Under the pieces are notes generated by a model. That model worked only from the letters and a program-made list of their open reading frames with translations. It searched no databases and was not told the origin of the DNA. DNA of 30,723 nucleotides, from IMG/VR virus record IMGVR_UViG_3300006641_001656, positions 1 through 30,723 of that record; one strand, 5' to 3'. This document shows positions 9,293-17,312 of this stretch, one piece after another; position 1 is the stretch's first letter; each line of letters begins with the position of its first letter. This DNA comes from a virus (taxonomy: Duplodnaviria; Caudoviricetes). The translations under genes and the position numbers were made by a program.

Positions 9293-10540
9293 ATGATTAG
9301 CAAACCTTGGCTTGAAGAACAGACGCTTAGAGAAATTTATGCAATGCCTGAGATTAATACGGATTTAGACGTTGTAGCTTACTTTAAAGAGCGAGGTATT
9401 TCTGTTGCAAGAAGAACGATCACTGACGCTCGCTTAAAATTTGGAATTTACCCATCAAAGACTCAGGAAGTATCAATGACTGATACAGAAGTTTCTGATA
9501 TGCAGAAAAGAGTTGTTCGTTTAGAGCGAGAATTAATTACAGCGAGAAATGAACGCAGCCTCGCAAGACAGGCTCACAAGGCAGCAGAAGAAGATGCCGC
9601 TGCATATAAGACTGCTAATGAAATTCTATTGAAGGCTAGTAAAATTTCGGTAGAGAGTGTTCCTTGGTCTAAGTCAAGGGCGCGACGCAAAGGGGCTGCT
9701 ACGGCCCTCATTATGCTCTCAGACCTTCACCTTGATGAGATCGTGAAACCCTCAGAGGTGGGCGGAATGAATGCTTTCAATCGTGAGATTGCCTTAAAGC
9801 GCCTCCAGAAAACTGCTGATGGTGCTGTTAACATGGGCAAGAATCTTATGGGTGGCTTTGAGTATGAAGGTGCTATTGTTATCCTTGGTGGAGATATGGT
9901 GGCGGGTAGCCTACATGATGACACTATCTTCAATGAAGAATCATCGATGATTCCAACTGTAGACTTCTGGGTAGACCATCTTGCTAAGTTTTTGGAAGTC
10001 ATCGCTGATGCCTATGGCCCTACACATGTTGTTTCGGTGGTAGGCAATCACGGGAGGTTATCGCATAAGCCCCGTATGAAGGGTCGCACGGAAGATTCTT
10101 GGGATCACCTGCTAGCCCTGATGCTACAGCGTCACCTTAAGACGGATAGAAGATTTTCTTGGAATATACCGCTGTGCGCCGATGCTTATGTAGAAATTTA
10201 TGGACGTAGAATGTTGGTGACTCACGGTGACCAGATGAAAGGTGGAGGCGGCTTAGCTGGTTTAGTTAATCCTGCTGCTATCTTTGATGCACGCAAGCGC
10301 AAGCGCAATGCATCTATGGGAGATGAGCACGATCATATGTGGGTTGGGCATTTCCATTCCTATACCCGCACCGGTAAAGTTACTGTCAATGGTTCGATGA
10401 AGGGCTTAGATGAGTATGCATTCTTGAATAACTGTGCATACGAGGAACCTATTCAAGCCTTTGCGGTTATTACCCGGGAGCATGGTGTTACACTTGAGGC
10501 AGGAATCTATTGTGTAGATCGTGCCGCTGAGGGTTGGTAA
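9293..10540 (+). CDS. Calcineurin-like metallophosphoesterase with N-terminal HTH (RpoN-box-like) and coiled coil
   Basis: All five metallophosphoesterase motifs occur in order: SDLH, GDMV, GNHG, THGD, GHFH. Heptad-like segment at about aa 65-115. N-terminal GISVARRTITDARLKFGI. Confidence 0.85.
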   Translation: MISKPWLEEQTLREIYAMPEINTDLDVVAYFKERGISVARRTITDARLKFGIYPSKTQEVSMTDTEVSDMQKRVVRLERELITARNERSLARQAHKAAEEDAAAYKTANEILLKASKISVESVPWSKSRARRKGAATALIMLSDLHLDEIVKPSEVGGMNAFNREIALKRLQKTADGAVNMGKNLMGGFEYEGAIVILGGDMVAGSLHDDTIFNEESSMIPTVDFWVDHLAKFLEVIADAYGPTHVVSVVGNHGRLSHKPRMKGRTEDSWDHLLALMLQRHLKTDRRFSWNIPLCADAYVEIYGRRMLVTHGDQMKGGGGLAGLVNPAAIFDARKRKRNASMGDEHDHMWVGHFHSYTRTGKVTVNGSMKGLDEYAFLNNCAYEEPIQAFAVITREHGVTLEAGIYCVDRAAEGW

Positions 10541-10552
10541 CACAAAGCTAAA

Positions 10553-10597
10553 TTGTACTACAATAGCATTGTAGTATGTTACATAAATAAGGAGGAA
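10553..10597 (+). promoter_or_regulatory. Inverted repeat (possible operator) with weak promoter match and strong RBS upstream of the holin-like gene
   Basis: TACTACAAT-agc-ATTGTAGTA (10556-10576). TTGTAC-N16-TATGTT. SD TAAGGAGG before ATG 10600. Confidence 0.4.
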
Positions 10598-10599
10598 GT

Positions 10600-10890
10600 A
10601 TGAATACAACAGATATCTTTTTATCGATTATTGCTGGTATGGCTGTAACGCCGCTGATTTCTTTTCTGAAGGCGCAGAAGTGGCCTTCAAATGTTAAGAT
10701 TGTTTTCTCAATGGCATTCTGCCTTGCCGTGGCTCTTATTGGTGCCGCACTGAGCGGTGAAATCCGCAGCTTCTCGGATGTTGCATCTAAGTTTGCTGTA
10801 GTCTGGGCCTCTTCGCAGGCTCTCTACTCCATGTGGTTTGGTGGCACGGATACGAATGCTCGTCTCTCTGAGACTAAAGTTCTGGGGTAG
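10600..10890 (+). CDS. Holin-like small membrane protein
   Basis: 96 aa with 2-3 hydrophobic helices, a strong SD, and a position after the tail module. Resembles actinophage holins (inference). Confidence 0.55.
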   Translation: MNTTDIFLSIIAGMAVTPLISFLKAQKWPSNVKIVFSMAFCLAVALIGAALSGEIRSFSDVASKFAVVWASSQALYSMWFGGTDTNARLSETKVLG

Positions 10891-10901
10891 GTGTTATAAG
10901 A

Positions 10902-11129
10902 ATGCTCCACTTTGGAGGATTTTGGTGTCGTCGCTGTGGGGGTCGGGTTCTTGAGGATGAAATTTATTGGGAATCCGACTCCCCCGGTGGCGACCGGAAG
11001 ATTAAGAAAATTGAATTGACCTGTACGCTATGTGCCAAAAACTCACGCTGTTCATATAAAGAATATTTGCATCTATTGAAAGAGATTGAGCGTGTTCTTA
11101 GAGAAAAAAAGTCAAGTCAAGTTAACTAA
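10902..11129 (+). CDS. Small zinc-ribbon protein
   Basis: CRRCGG ... CTLC cysteine pairs. Confidence 0.65.
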   Translation: MLHFGGFWCRRCGGRVLEDEIYWESDSPGGDRKIKKIELTCTLCAKNSRCSYKEYLHLLKEIERVLREKKSSQVN

Positions 11130-11559
11130 GAACCGTCTCTTCTTTAATGATAAGCAGCAGTTAGTTCGTATAGTTTCAGTAGTCAAAAAAAGTAACATTA
11201 TTAATATTTACAACTATAATATTTTTGAAAATCAAACTATCGAGTACGATACGGCTGGGTACTTTTTGACTCCAGCCTTTCGCATTGGCGAAGTTGCCAA
11301 AATTCTTGACAGAAAGCCGGATACTATCCGTAAGTATGAACAGCGTAATCTTATACCGCAGGCTAAAAAGTATCCGGTCAATCCAGAGAAAACTGCGAGT
11401 ATCCGTGTCTATACTTTGAGAGATGTGTATGACCTCATCGAAATTTTCTCTATGAGAAATGCCGCCGGTCGTCCTAGGTCGCATCACGGCATAGATAAAG
11501 TAGAAGCACTTAAACTCGTTAATGCGAGATTTCAGAAAATAAAAAATGTCGGTGAGTAA
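11086..11559 (+). CDS. MerR-type HTH DNA-binding protein (start uncertain, TTG 11086 or GTG 11092)
   Basis: FRIGEVAKILDRKPDTIRKYEQRNLIP...RVYTLRDV is a MerR HTH signature. GRPR motif near the C-terminus. Confidence 0.8.
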   Translation: MSVFLEKKSQVKLTKNRLFFNDKQQLVRIVSVVKKSNIINIYNYNIFENQTIEYDTAGYFLTPAFRIGEVAKILDRKPDTIRKYEQRNLIPQAKKYPVNPEKTASIRVYTLRDVYDLIEIFSMRNAAGRPRSHHGIDKVEALKLVNARFQKIKNVGE

Positions 11560-12316
11560 TTTGGAATATAACAAAATATACAATGAAGATTGCCTAGCAA
11601 CAATGGCGTCCATGCCAGACCAATATATTGACTTAGTAGTCACAAGTCCCCCATATGACAACCTCAGGGACTATGAAGGATTCTCATTCGATAGCAACGC
11701 TACGATTGAAGAATTATTCCGAGTCGTTAAGCCGGGTGGTGTTGTGGTATGGGTAGTAGGTGATGCTACCATTAAAGGCTCTGAAACTGGTTCGAGTTTT
11801 AGACAGGCTTTAAAGTTTATGGATGTGGGATTTAATTTACACGATACGATGATATATGAAAAAAATAGTTCAACGTATCCATCTAATCCGAAAAGCGTGA
11901 GATATTCTCAAATTTTTGAATATATGTTTGTCTTTTCCAAGGGACGACCTAAGTCTATTAATCTTATAATCGATAAGCCTAATAAGTGGGCTGGCTATAA
12001 AGACTTCTCAGGGGTTCTGAAAAATCCGGTTCCGGATTTCTCACCTAGAAATAACATTTGGAAATACACTACGAGTTTCAACGGCGTCAAGCATCCTGCG
12101 CCGTATCCACTTGCGCTGGCCTCAGATCATGTAGTAACATGGTCGAATCCCGGTGACATGGTGTATGATCCTTTCATGGGGAGTGGAACGACAGCAAGGG
12201 CCTGCATTCAGCTTCAGAGAAATTATATTGGCTCTGAGGTTAGTGGAGAATATTGTGAGCGGGCAAGAAATAAAATTGCAGAAGATTTACAAAAAATAGG
12301 AGAAAAAAATGGCTAA
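11546..12316 (+). CDS. DNA amino-methyltransferase, beta class (SPPY suggests N4-cytosine)
   Basis: IDLVVTSPPY (motif IV) precedes HPAPYP and VYDPFMGSGTT (motif I). Confidence 0.92.
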   Translation: MSVSNLEYNKIYNEDCLATMASMPDQYIDLVVTSPPYDNLRDYEGFSFDSNATIEELFRVVKPGGVVVWVVGDATIKGSETGSSFRQALKFMDVGFNLHDTMIYEKNSSTYPSNPKSVRYSQIFEYMFVFSKGRPKSINLIIDKPNKWAGYKDFSGVLKNPVPDFSPRNNIWKYTTSFNGVKHPAPYPLALASDHVVTWSNPGDMVYDPFMGSGTTARACIQLQRNYIGSEVSGEYCERARNKIAEDLQKIGEKNG

Positions 12317-12521
12317 GAAAGGCACGATTAGTGTAACCGTAGGTCTGACGAGAAACCTTGGCAACTACCAGTCACTGCGTATTGACGCTGGGCTGACGGT
12401 GGATTCCGAGGATGTCATGTCAGATGAAGAATGGGCTGCTGCTTGGAAGCGAGTAGAGTCAGAAGTAGAGGGGCGCCTCTCTGAGTTAGACGGCGAATTA
12501 TCTGGTGGGTCTTCTAAGTAA
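12309..12521 (+). CDS. Small phage hypothetical protein (NLGNYxS motif)
   Basis: SD AGGAG and overlap coupling with the previous gene. TRNLGNYQSLRIDAG resembles a recurring phage hypothetical family (from memory, not searched). Confidence 0.6.
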   Translation: MAKKGTISVTVGLTRNLGNYQSLRIDAGLTVDSEDVMSDEEWAAAWKRVESEVEGRLSELDGELSGGSSK

Positions 12522-12816
12522 TGTTGCTTGGATGAGTAAGGCAGCCTGCGTAGATGAAGATCACCGATTGTTCATCTCGTATCGGGCTGATGACATACGC
12601 CGAGCGAAAAACATTTGCCGTGATTGTCAAGTAAAAGTGCCGTGCATGGATCAGTATTTTGATGTTTCGTGTGTGGCGGGTGGTTATTCATATTTTGATA
12701 GATTGCTTGCAATCTGGAAAGAAGTTGAGAATATAGATGAGTCTAACTGGAGAAAGCCTGATTACCTGCTTCGCAGACTTAGCAGAGAACAGCGGGAAAA
12801 TATTCTTCCAGACTGA
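12505..12816 (+). CDS. whiB: WhiB-family Fe-S transcription factor (divergent)
   Basis: WMSKAAC...LF...AKNICRDCQVKVPC has four Cys in WhiB spacing. The G(V/I)WGG turn is replaced by CVAGG. Confidence 0.75.
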   Translation: MGLLSNVAWMSKAACVDEDHRLFISYRADDIRRAKNICRDCQVKVPCMDQYFDVSCVAGGYSYFDRLLAIWKEVENIDESNWRKPDYLLRRLSREQRENILPD

Positions 12817-13060
12817 GAAGGATGAAGCCAACTCTGAACGACTGGTGAAGTATTTCGCCAGTCATGGTGGTGACGAAATGGCCGAGCAAACCATGAAGCG
12901 TTTTTTGGCCACTGAAAAGCAGCCCGTCGTTTTCTTAATGGACTATGTGGTACGTCTGGGTACGTTAGTTGACGAGATTAAGATTGAGATGGAAGACAAA
13001 GAAGAGTTCCGTCGTCTTGTTCGTGAGACGCAACAGCGCATGAAGGGTGAGTCCAATTAA
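12737..13060 (+). CDS. Hypothetical protein upstream of helicase
   Basis: 107-aa ORF overlapping both neighbours in the operon. No motif recognised. Confidence 0.6.
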   Translation: MSLTGESLITCFADLAENSGKIFFQTEKDEANSERLVKYFASHGGDEMAEQTMKRFLATEKQPVVFLMDYVVRLGTLVDEIKIEMEDKEEFRRLVRETQQRMKGESN

Positions 13061-14273
13061 TTACGAAATGAGCTTACTCAATAGTCTGGTGGACGCCGAT
13101 AACATCGTCCCCGCTATTGAGCAAAATGTAGACGAAGCTTTTATTGACCATAAAGATATTTGGGAGTTTATTCACGGATACTATTCCAAGTATGGTAAGC
13201 TTCCAACCAAGTCTATTGTGAAGAATGAATTCCGTGAATTCGAATTCATCGACACAGCCGCTGCCCCGCTGCAGTTTTATATTGATGAAGCTCGTAAGCA
13301 CGCCTTAGCTGAGAATGTTCGGACGGCACTGCACGACACTATCCAGATACTCAGAGATAGCGGCCCCAATGCTGCGTTGAATTTCGTAGCAATGAATAGC
13401 CTGCGTCTTATGAAGCATACTGGCGCACTGAAGGACACCAACCTTACTGGCGACTACTTAGAGCGAGTAGAGGACTTTAAGGTCCGTTACGAAGACCCAG
13501 AAAAGAACATCATGGGTATCCCTAGCGGCTTTGATGTTATCGACAAGCATTTCGGTGGCTGGCAGAAGGGTGACTTTATTGTTATTCTTGGCTGGACCGG
13601 CAGCGGTAAGTCTTGGTTCTCACGCCTGTTTGCTGCTAATGCATGGATGGCCGGTTATAGCCCCCTTATCATCTCGCTGGAGATGAATAAAGAGCAGGAG
13701 GGTTATCGGTTAGATACCATCCTTAACCAAGGTGAAACCTTCAGAAACTCGGACTTGATGTTTGGCCGTGGAGTTAATCCCGACGCATATCAAGACTGGG
13801 CCAAGCGGACCTTTGAGAATCGTCCTCCTATTCATCTTGTAACCTCAGATGGTATCGAAGCTGCTAATCAGAATGTTGTAGAGGCTAAGGTTGAGCAGTA
13901 TCAGCCCGATCTTCTTATCCTTGATTATCATGGCCTGTTCGATGATGCAAAGAAGGGCGGCACCGAAACAGAACGAGCCAAGAATCTTTCTAAGGATTTC
14001 AAGCGGATTGCTGTCCGTCATAATATTCCGGTTATTGATATCGCAGCTGTTACAATGGATGGTAACCAAGGTGAAAGAGCCCCTGCTCTCGCTGAGGTTG
14101 CATGGAGTAAGCAATTAGCTTACGATGCAGATTTGGTAATGGCGGTACATAGGAATGCTGATTCGAACCTTTTTGAAGTCGTTAGTCGCAAGGTGCGTAG
14201 AGGTCATCCTTTTGCTTTCTATCTTCAGTGGGATCTTGATAGCGGCAAAAGAGAGGAACTATTCGATGTCTGA
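13047..14273 (+). CDS. dnaB: DnaB-like (SF4) replicative helicase
   Basis: GIPSGF..ID..FGGWQKGD, Walker A GWTGSGKS, ISLEM, LLILDY, KRIA, AYDADLV. Confidence 0.93.
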   Translation: MSPINYEMSLLNSLVDADNIVPAIEQNVDEAFIDHKDIWEFIHGYYSKYGKLPTKSIVKNEFREFEFIDTAAAPLQFYIDEARKHALAENVRTALHDTIQILRDSGPNAALNFVAMNSLRLMKHTGALKDTNLTGDYLERVEDFKVRYEDPEKNIMGIPSGFDVIDKHFGGWQKGDFIVILGWTGSGKSWFSRLFAANAWMAGYSPLIISLEMNKEQEGYRLDTILNQGETFRNSDLMFGRGVNPDAYQDWAKRTFENRPPIHLVTSDGIEAANQNVVEAKVEQYQPDLLILDYHGLFDDAKKGGTETERAKNLSKDFKRIAVRHNIPVIDIAAVTMDGNQGERAPALAEVAWSKQLAYDADLVMAVHRNADSNLFEVVSRKVRRGHPFAFYLQWDLDSGKREELFDV

Positions 14274-14460
14274 TGATGAGGCTATCCCCGATCATGTAGT
14301 AGACGGGGAAGCTAGGGATCAGGAAACTATTTTGCGGCAGCGACCAAGTATTGAAGAATATATTGCTGAAACATACGGCGATATTGAGCGTACTAAACTG
14401 TATTGGAATATGACAGAGAAGGGGACCTTTAGTTTTGAACTCCATTTCTGGTTTAAATAA
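14266..14460 (+). CDS. Small hypothetical protein (64 aa)
   Basis: ATG 14266 is preceded by GAGAGGA and overlaps the dnaB stop. It fills the dnaB-primase gap. The ORF-track start at 14155 is probably too early. Confidence 0.55.
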   Translation: MSDDEAIPDHVVDGEARDQETILRQRPSIEEYIAETYGDIERTKLYWNMTEKGTFSFELHFWFK

Positions 14461-15400
14461 CAAGGACGCCGTTCAGCAGTTCGTAGACCAATACCTTACG
14501 GTCGTGACAGAGACACCTTCGGAGTACGCTTGCTATTGCCCATTTCACAGCAATACCTCTAGCCCAGCTTTTTATATCAATAAAAAAACTGGACTATGGC
14601 ATTGCTTCAATCCTTCTTGCTCCAAGAAAGGCTCCTTTGCTCGTCTGGTAAAGGAAATGACTGGACAAGAAACTGGGTGGTCGTTTCAGCCTCATTATTC
14701 AGATGATGAGTTGCTTAACATGCTTGATAAAACCGGCGGCGCCCTAGTTTCTATTCCAGAAGATTGGGATGAGGCAATGGAGCGAATCACTGTTGACTAC
14801 AGAAATCCAGCAGAGGTAGAGCAGAAATTAAGTTACTTACTGCAGCGGGGTTTCCATGCTGGTGTACTGGAGCACTTTGATATCGGATATTCTGCTAAGC
14901 AACGTAGGATAGTCATCCCCGCCAGAGATGAGTTCTTTTCTGTAGTTGGCTTTATTGGGCGTTCTACGGAAGAGAACCAGCATCCTAAATATTTATATTC
15001 CAATGACTTCCCTCGGCGTGAGGTTCTATTTAATCTACAGAATGCTAAGTCATATCGAGAGGTCATCTTGACCGAGGGAAGCTTGGATGCTATTAAAGTT
15101 CACCAAGCTGGATTTCCAAATGTGGTGGCTACTCTGGGTGCGTCTATCCCGGCAGAACATCACAAGCTCCTGAGCGGATATTTTGATAGTTTCGTCCTGT
15201 TTTTCGACAACGACGAGGCCGGGAGCGCCGCTCGGCGTGCTATAATGGAGGGGAACCCCAGAAAGGATATTTGGATTGTGCCCTATCCGTCAGGCATCAA
15301 AGATCCGGGGGAGATGACGGAACAACAAATTAGAGAAAGCATCAATAATAAAATCAATTACTTAGATTGGTTATTTCAAAATAAGGAGAAAACACAATGA
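14435..15400 (+). CDS. dnaG: DnaG-type DNA primase (CHC2 zinc finger + TOPRIM)
   Basis: CPFH...PAF...WHCFNPSC, FIGR, PKYL, LTEGSLDAI, FFDNDEAG, KDPGE. Confidence 0.93.
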   Translation: MNSISGLNNKDAVQQFVDQYLTVVTETPSEYACYCPFHSNTSSPAFYINKKTGLWHCFNPSCSKKGSFARLVKEMTGQETGWSFQPHYSDDELLNMLDKTGGALVSIPEDWDEAMERITVDYRNPAEVEQKLSYLLQRGFHAGVLEHFDIGYSAKQRRIVIPARDEFFSVVGFIGRSTEENQHPKYLYSNDFPRREVLFNLQNAKSYREVILTEGSLDAIKVHQAGFPNVVATLGASIPAEHHKLLSGYFDSFVLFFDNDEAGSAARRAIMEGNPRKDIWIVPYPSGIKDPGEMTEQQIRESINNKINYLDWLFQNKEKTQ

Positions 15401-16047
15401 CTGTTTATAAGACACTCGCAAACTTAAAGAATAAGGTAGAAAACGAATCCAAGGGTGGTGGGGGCAAGAAGTTCCTCACGCTTAAGGACCGTGACGCGTT
15501 TAAGATTCGGTTCCTTCAGGAACTGACCATTGATAGCAAGAACTTCAATGAGTCTCGTGGGGCTGCGGCTATTGTTGCCGTTCACAAGTCGCCGCTTGAC
15601 TTCAAGAAGCAGATGGCTTGCACTGCTGACAATGAAGAAATGGGTTTCAAGTGCTGGGCCTGTGAGCAGACTGTTAAGGACCCCAAGTGGCGTCCGCAGA
15701 CGCACTTCGTGGCTAATGTGGCCGTTCTTGACGAGAATGGCAATTGGTCAACGATGGTACTCGACCAGACCTTTAATCAGCGGCACATCGGCGCCACTCT
15801 TGTAGAGTATGCTACGGAGTTTGGCACTATTACCGACCGCTCTTACAAGGTTAGTCGCACTGGCTCTAAGATGCACGACACCAACTACACGCTCATTCCC
15901 ATCGAAACTGGCGATGAGCCCAGCGAATTTGCTGACTTCGAGATGCATGACGCTAATAGCGTTTACCGTGTGCTTCCGTACAGCGAGCAGGCTGAGTTTA
16001 TGACCTCAACCGAAGATGCTCCTCGCAATAATGCTAGTAGCTGGTAA
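15397..16047 (+). CDS. gp32-like single-stranded DNA-binding protein
   Basis: KFLTLKD..KIRFL, His/Cys zinc ligands (H..MAC..CWAC), ITDRSYKVSRTG..DTNYTLIP. Follows the primase. Strong SD AAGGAG. Confidence 0.75.
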   Translation: MTVYKTLANLKNKVENESKGGGGKKFLTLKDRDAFKIRFLQELTIDSKNFNESRGAAAIVAVHKSPLDFKKQMACTADNEEMGFKCWACEQTVKDPKWRPQTHFVANVAVLDENGNWSTMVLDQTFNQRHIGATLVEYATEFGTITDRSYKVSRTGSKMHDTNYTLIPIETGDEPSEFADFEMHDANSVYRVLPYSEQAEFMTSTEDAPRNNASSW

Positions 16048-16067
16048 TATAATTAATTAAGAGGGGA

Positions 16068-16097
16068 GAGGGACGGGTGCTTCGGCGCCCGTCCCTC
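16068..16097 (+). promoter_or_regulatory. 13-bp RNA hairpin with C(UUCG)G tetraloop
   Basis: GAGGGACGGGTGC-TTCG-GCGCCCGTCCCTC (12 Watson-Crick pairs + 1 U-G). No U-tract follows. Confidence 0.8.
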
Positions 16098-16103
16098 AAA
16101 CAT

Positions 16104-16607
16104 ATGAAAATTGGCCTTACATTAGATGGATTAATTTCAGAAAAATCTCTCAAGCATGGAGAGATTGATGATGATTTATTTTGTCTTAATCAAATGGCGA
16201 CTGAGCAAGGCTGGTATGCCGCCAGTCGGTGGTTTGCATCTGGCAACGATGTTTTCTTTATTACCGGTCGAACCAATAGGAATATGACCGAACGTTGGCT
16301 GGACGAGTGGGCTTTAATGTATAACCGAGTTATATATGATATCCCTGTCCACTATCAGTACAACGCAGCGGTAGCTTTAAACTGTGATATTTTTATCACT
16401 CCATCCTTTGATGAGTTGCCGAAGCATGGTACGCATGAGGTGCGTACTTATTTTTATACACAAGAACCAGTCGGTATCAAGACTCCCAAGAATATTACTA
16501 AAATTAGCAATCTGCACGATATTGATGAGGTAATTGCATCGTGGCCCCTTCACCCAAAACAATCAAATGTCAATATTGTCGGGCAAAGCAGGACATTACG
16601 AACGTAG
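16104..16607 (+). CDS. HAD-fold 5'(3')-nucleotidase-like protein with degenerate catalytic motifs
   Basis: MKIGLTLDG (cf. KIGIDIDG), FFITGR, TERWL, CDIFITP (cf. DIFIDD). ATG 16104 preferred over the GTG inside the hairpin. Confidence 0.6.
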   Translation: MKIGLTLDGLISEKSLKHGEIDDDLFCLNQMATEQGWYAASRWFASGNDVFFITGRTNRNMTERWLDEWALMYNRVIYDIPVHYQYNAAVALNCDIFITPSFDELPKHGTHEVRTYFYTQEPVGIKTPKNITKISNLHDIDEVIASWPLHPKQSNVNIVGQSRTLRT

Positions 16608-16708
16608 GTAGAGAGTATACCTACGATAAAGCTAATGAAACTTGGTATCGAGTTTTCTTCTGTAAAGACTGTGATGAGGTACTATGGCAGCAAGAAGTAA
16701 ACGCCTAA
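16541..16708 (+). CDS. Small zinc-ribbon protein (55 aa; absent from ORF track)
   Basis: My translation: MAPSPKTIKCQYCRAKQDITNVGREYTYDKANETWYRVFFCKDCDEVLWQQEVNA*. GTG start with GAGGT upstream. Two CxxC pairs. Confidence 0.65.
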   Translation: MAPSPKTIKCQYCRAKQDITNVGREYTYDKANETWYRVFFCKDCDEVLWQQEVNA

Positions 16709-17115
16709 CTGCCCTTTTCTGTGGAAGTCAAGACTGGAAAGATGAGACCATCATCTTTGCATGTATGTGGGGGCTCTATGAAATCATCGACAACAGAGAA
16801 GAAAAATTGAAAGTTATTCACACTAATGACCGGGGCGCCGGTCTTTTGTCTGCACGATGCGCTAAGAAGATTGAATCTTTCAATCGCGGTGTTTTGCGGG
16901 CCGGTGATTTAGAAATTCAAGAATATGCTATCGACCCCGCAGAGTTTACTCCCACTCTAGGTTACGCTCGTAATTCTAAAATCTTGGATGAAAACAATCC
17001 TGACTTTATTTTTGCATTCGTTCCTGACATTTTGGCTAGCCCCGGCACTCAACATATGCTAGAATTGGCGAAGGAACGCGACGTTCCAGCATATTTGATA
17101 CAGAGGTATAGTTGA
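16684..17115 (+). CDS. SLOG-superfamily (DUF2493/YspA-like) nucleotide-binding protein
   Basis: FCGSQDW, VIH...RGA, RNSKILD..PD...AF, SPGTQHMLELA match the DUF2493 pattern. Confidence 0.7.
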   Translation: MAARSKRLTALFCGSQDWKDETIIFACMWGLYEIIDNREEKLKVIHTNDRGAGLLSARCAKKIESFNRGVLRAGDLEIQEYAIDPAEFTPTLGYARNSKILDENNPDFIFAFVPDILASPGTQHMLELAKERDVPAYLIQRYS

Positions 17116-17312
17116 TGGAACAGCAGGAAAGTTTGGAGATTTATCTCAACCATATATATGATACGAGCTTGCATATGCTCCAACTGTGGGATATCCGAGA
17201 TATGCACACGCAGATGAAGTATGGTCCTCTGATTAGGAAGATTAGAGAGATCGAGAAGATTATTGACTTAATCAAAGCTGAGATGGTAGAAGATGCGTCC
17301 AACTTGGGATGA
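17115..17312 (+). CDS. Small hypothetical protein
   Basis: TGATG coupling with GAGGT upstream. Helical composition. Confidence 0.55.
   Translation: MEQQESLEIYLNHIYDTSLHMLQLWDIRDMHTQMKYGPLIRKIREIEKIIDLIKAEMVEDASNLG

Noticed and set aside
8853-12316. HNH + methyltransferase as a restriction-modification system
   Set aside because: They are separated by four unrelated genes and the HNH is of the phage homing type.
16068-16097. Classical intrinsic terminator
   Set aside because: No U-tract on either strand. Kept as a regulatory hairpin instead.
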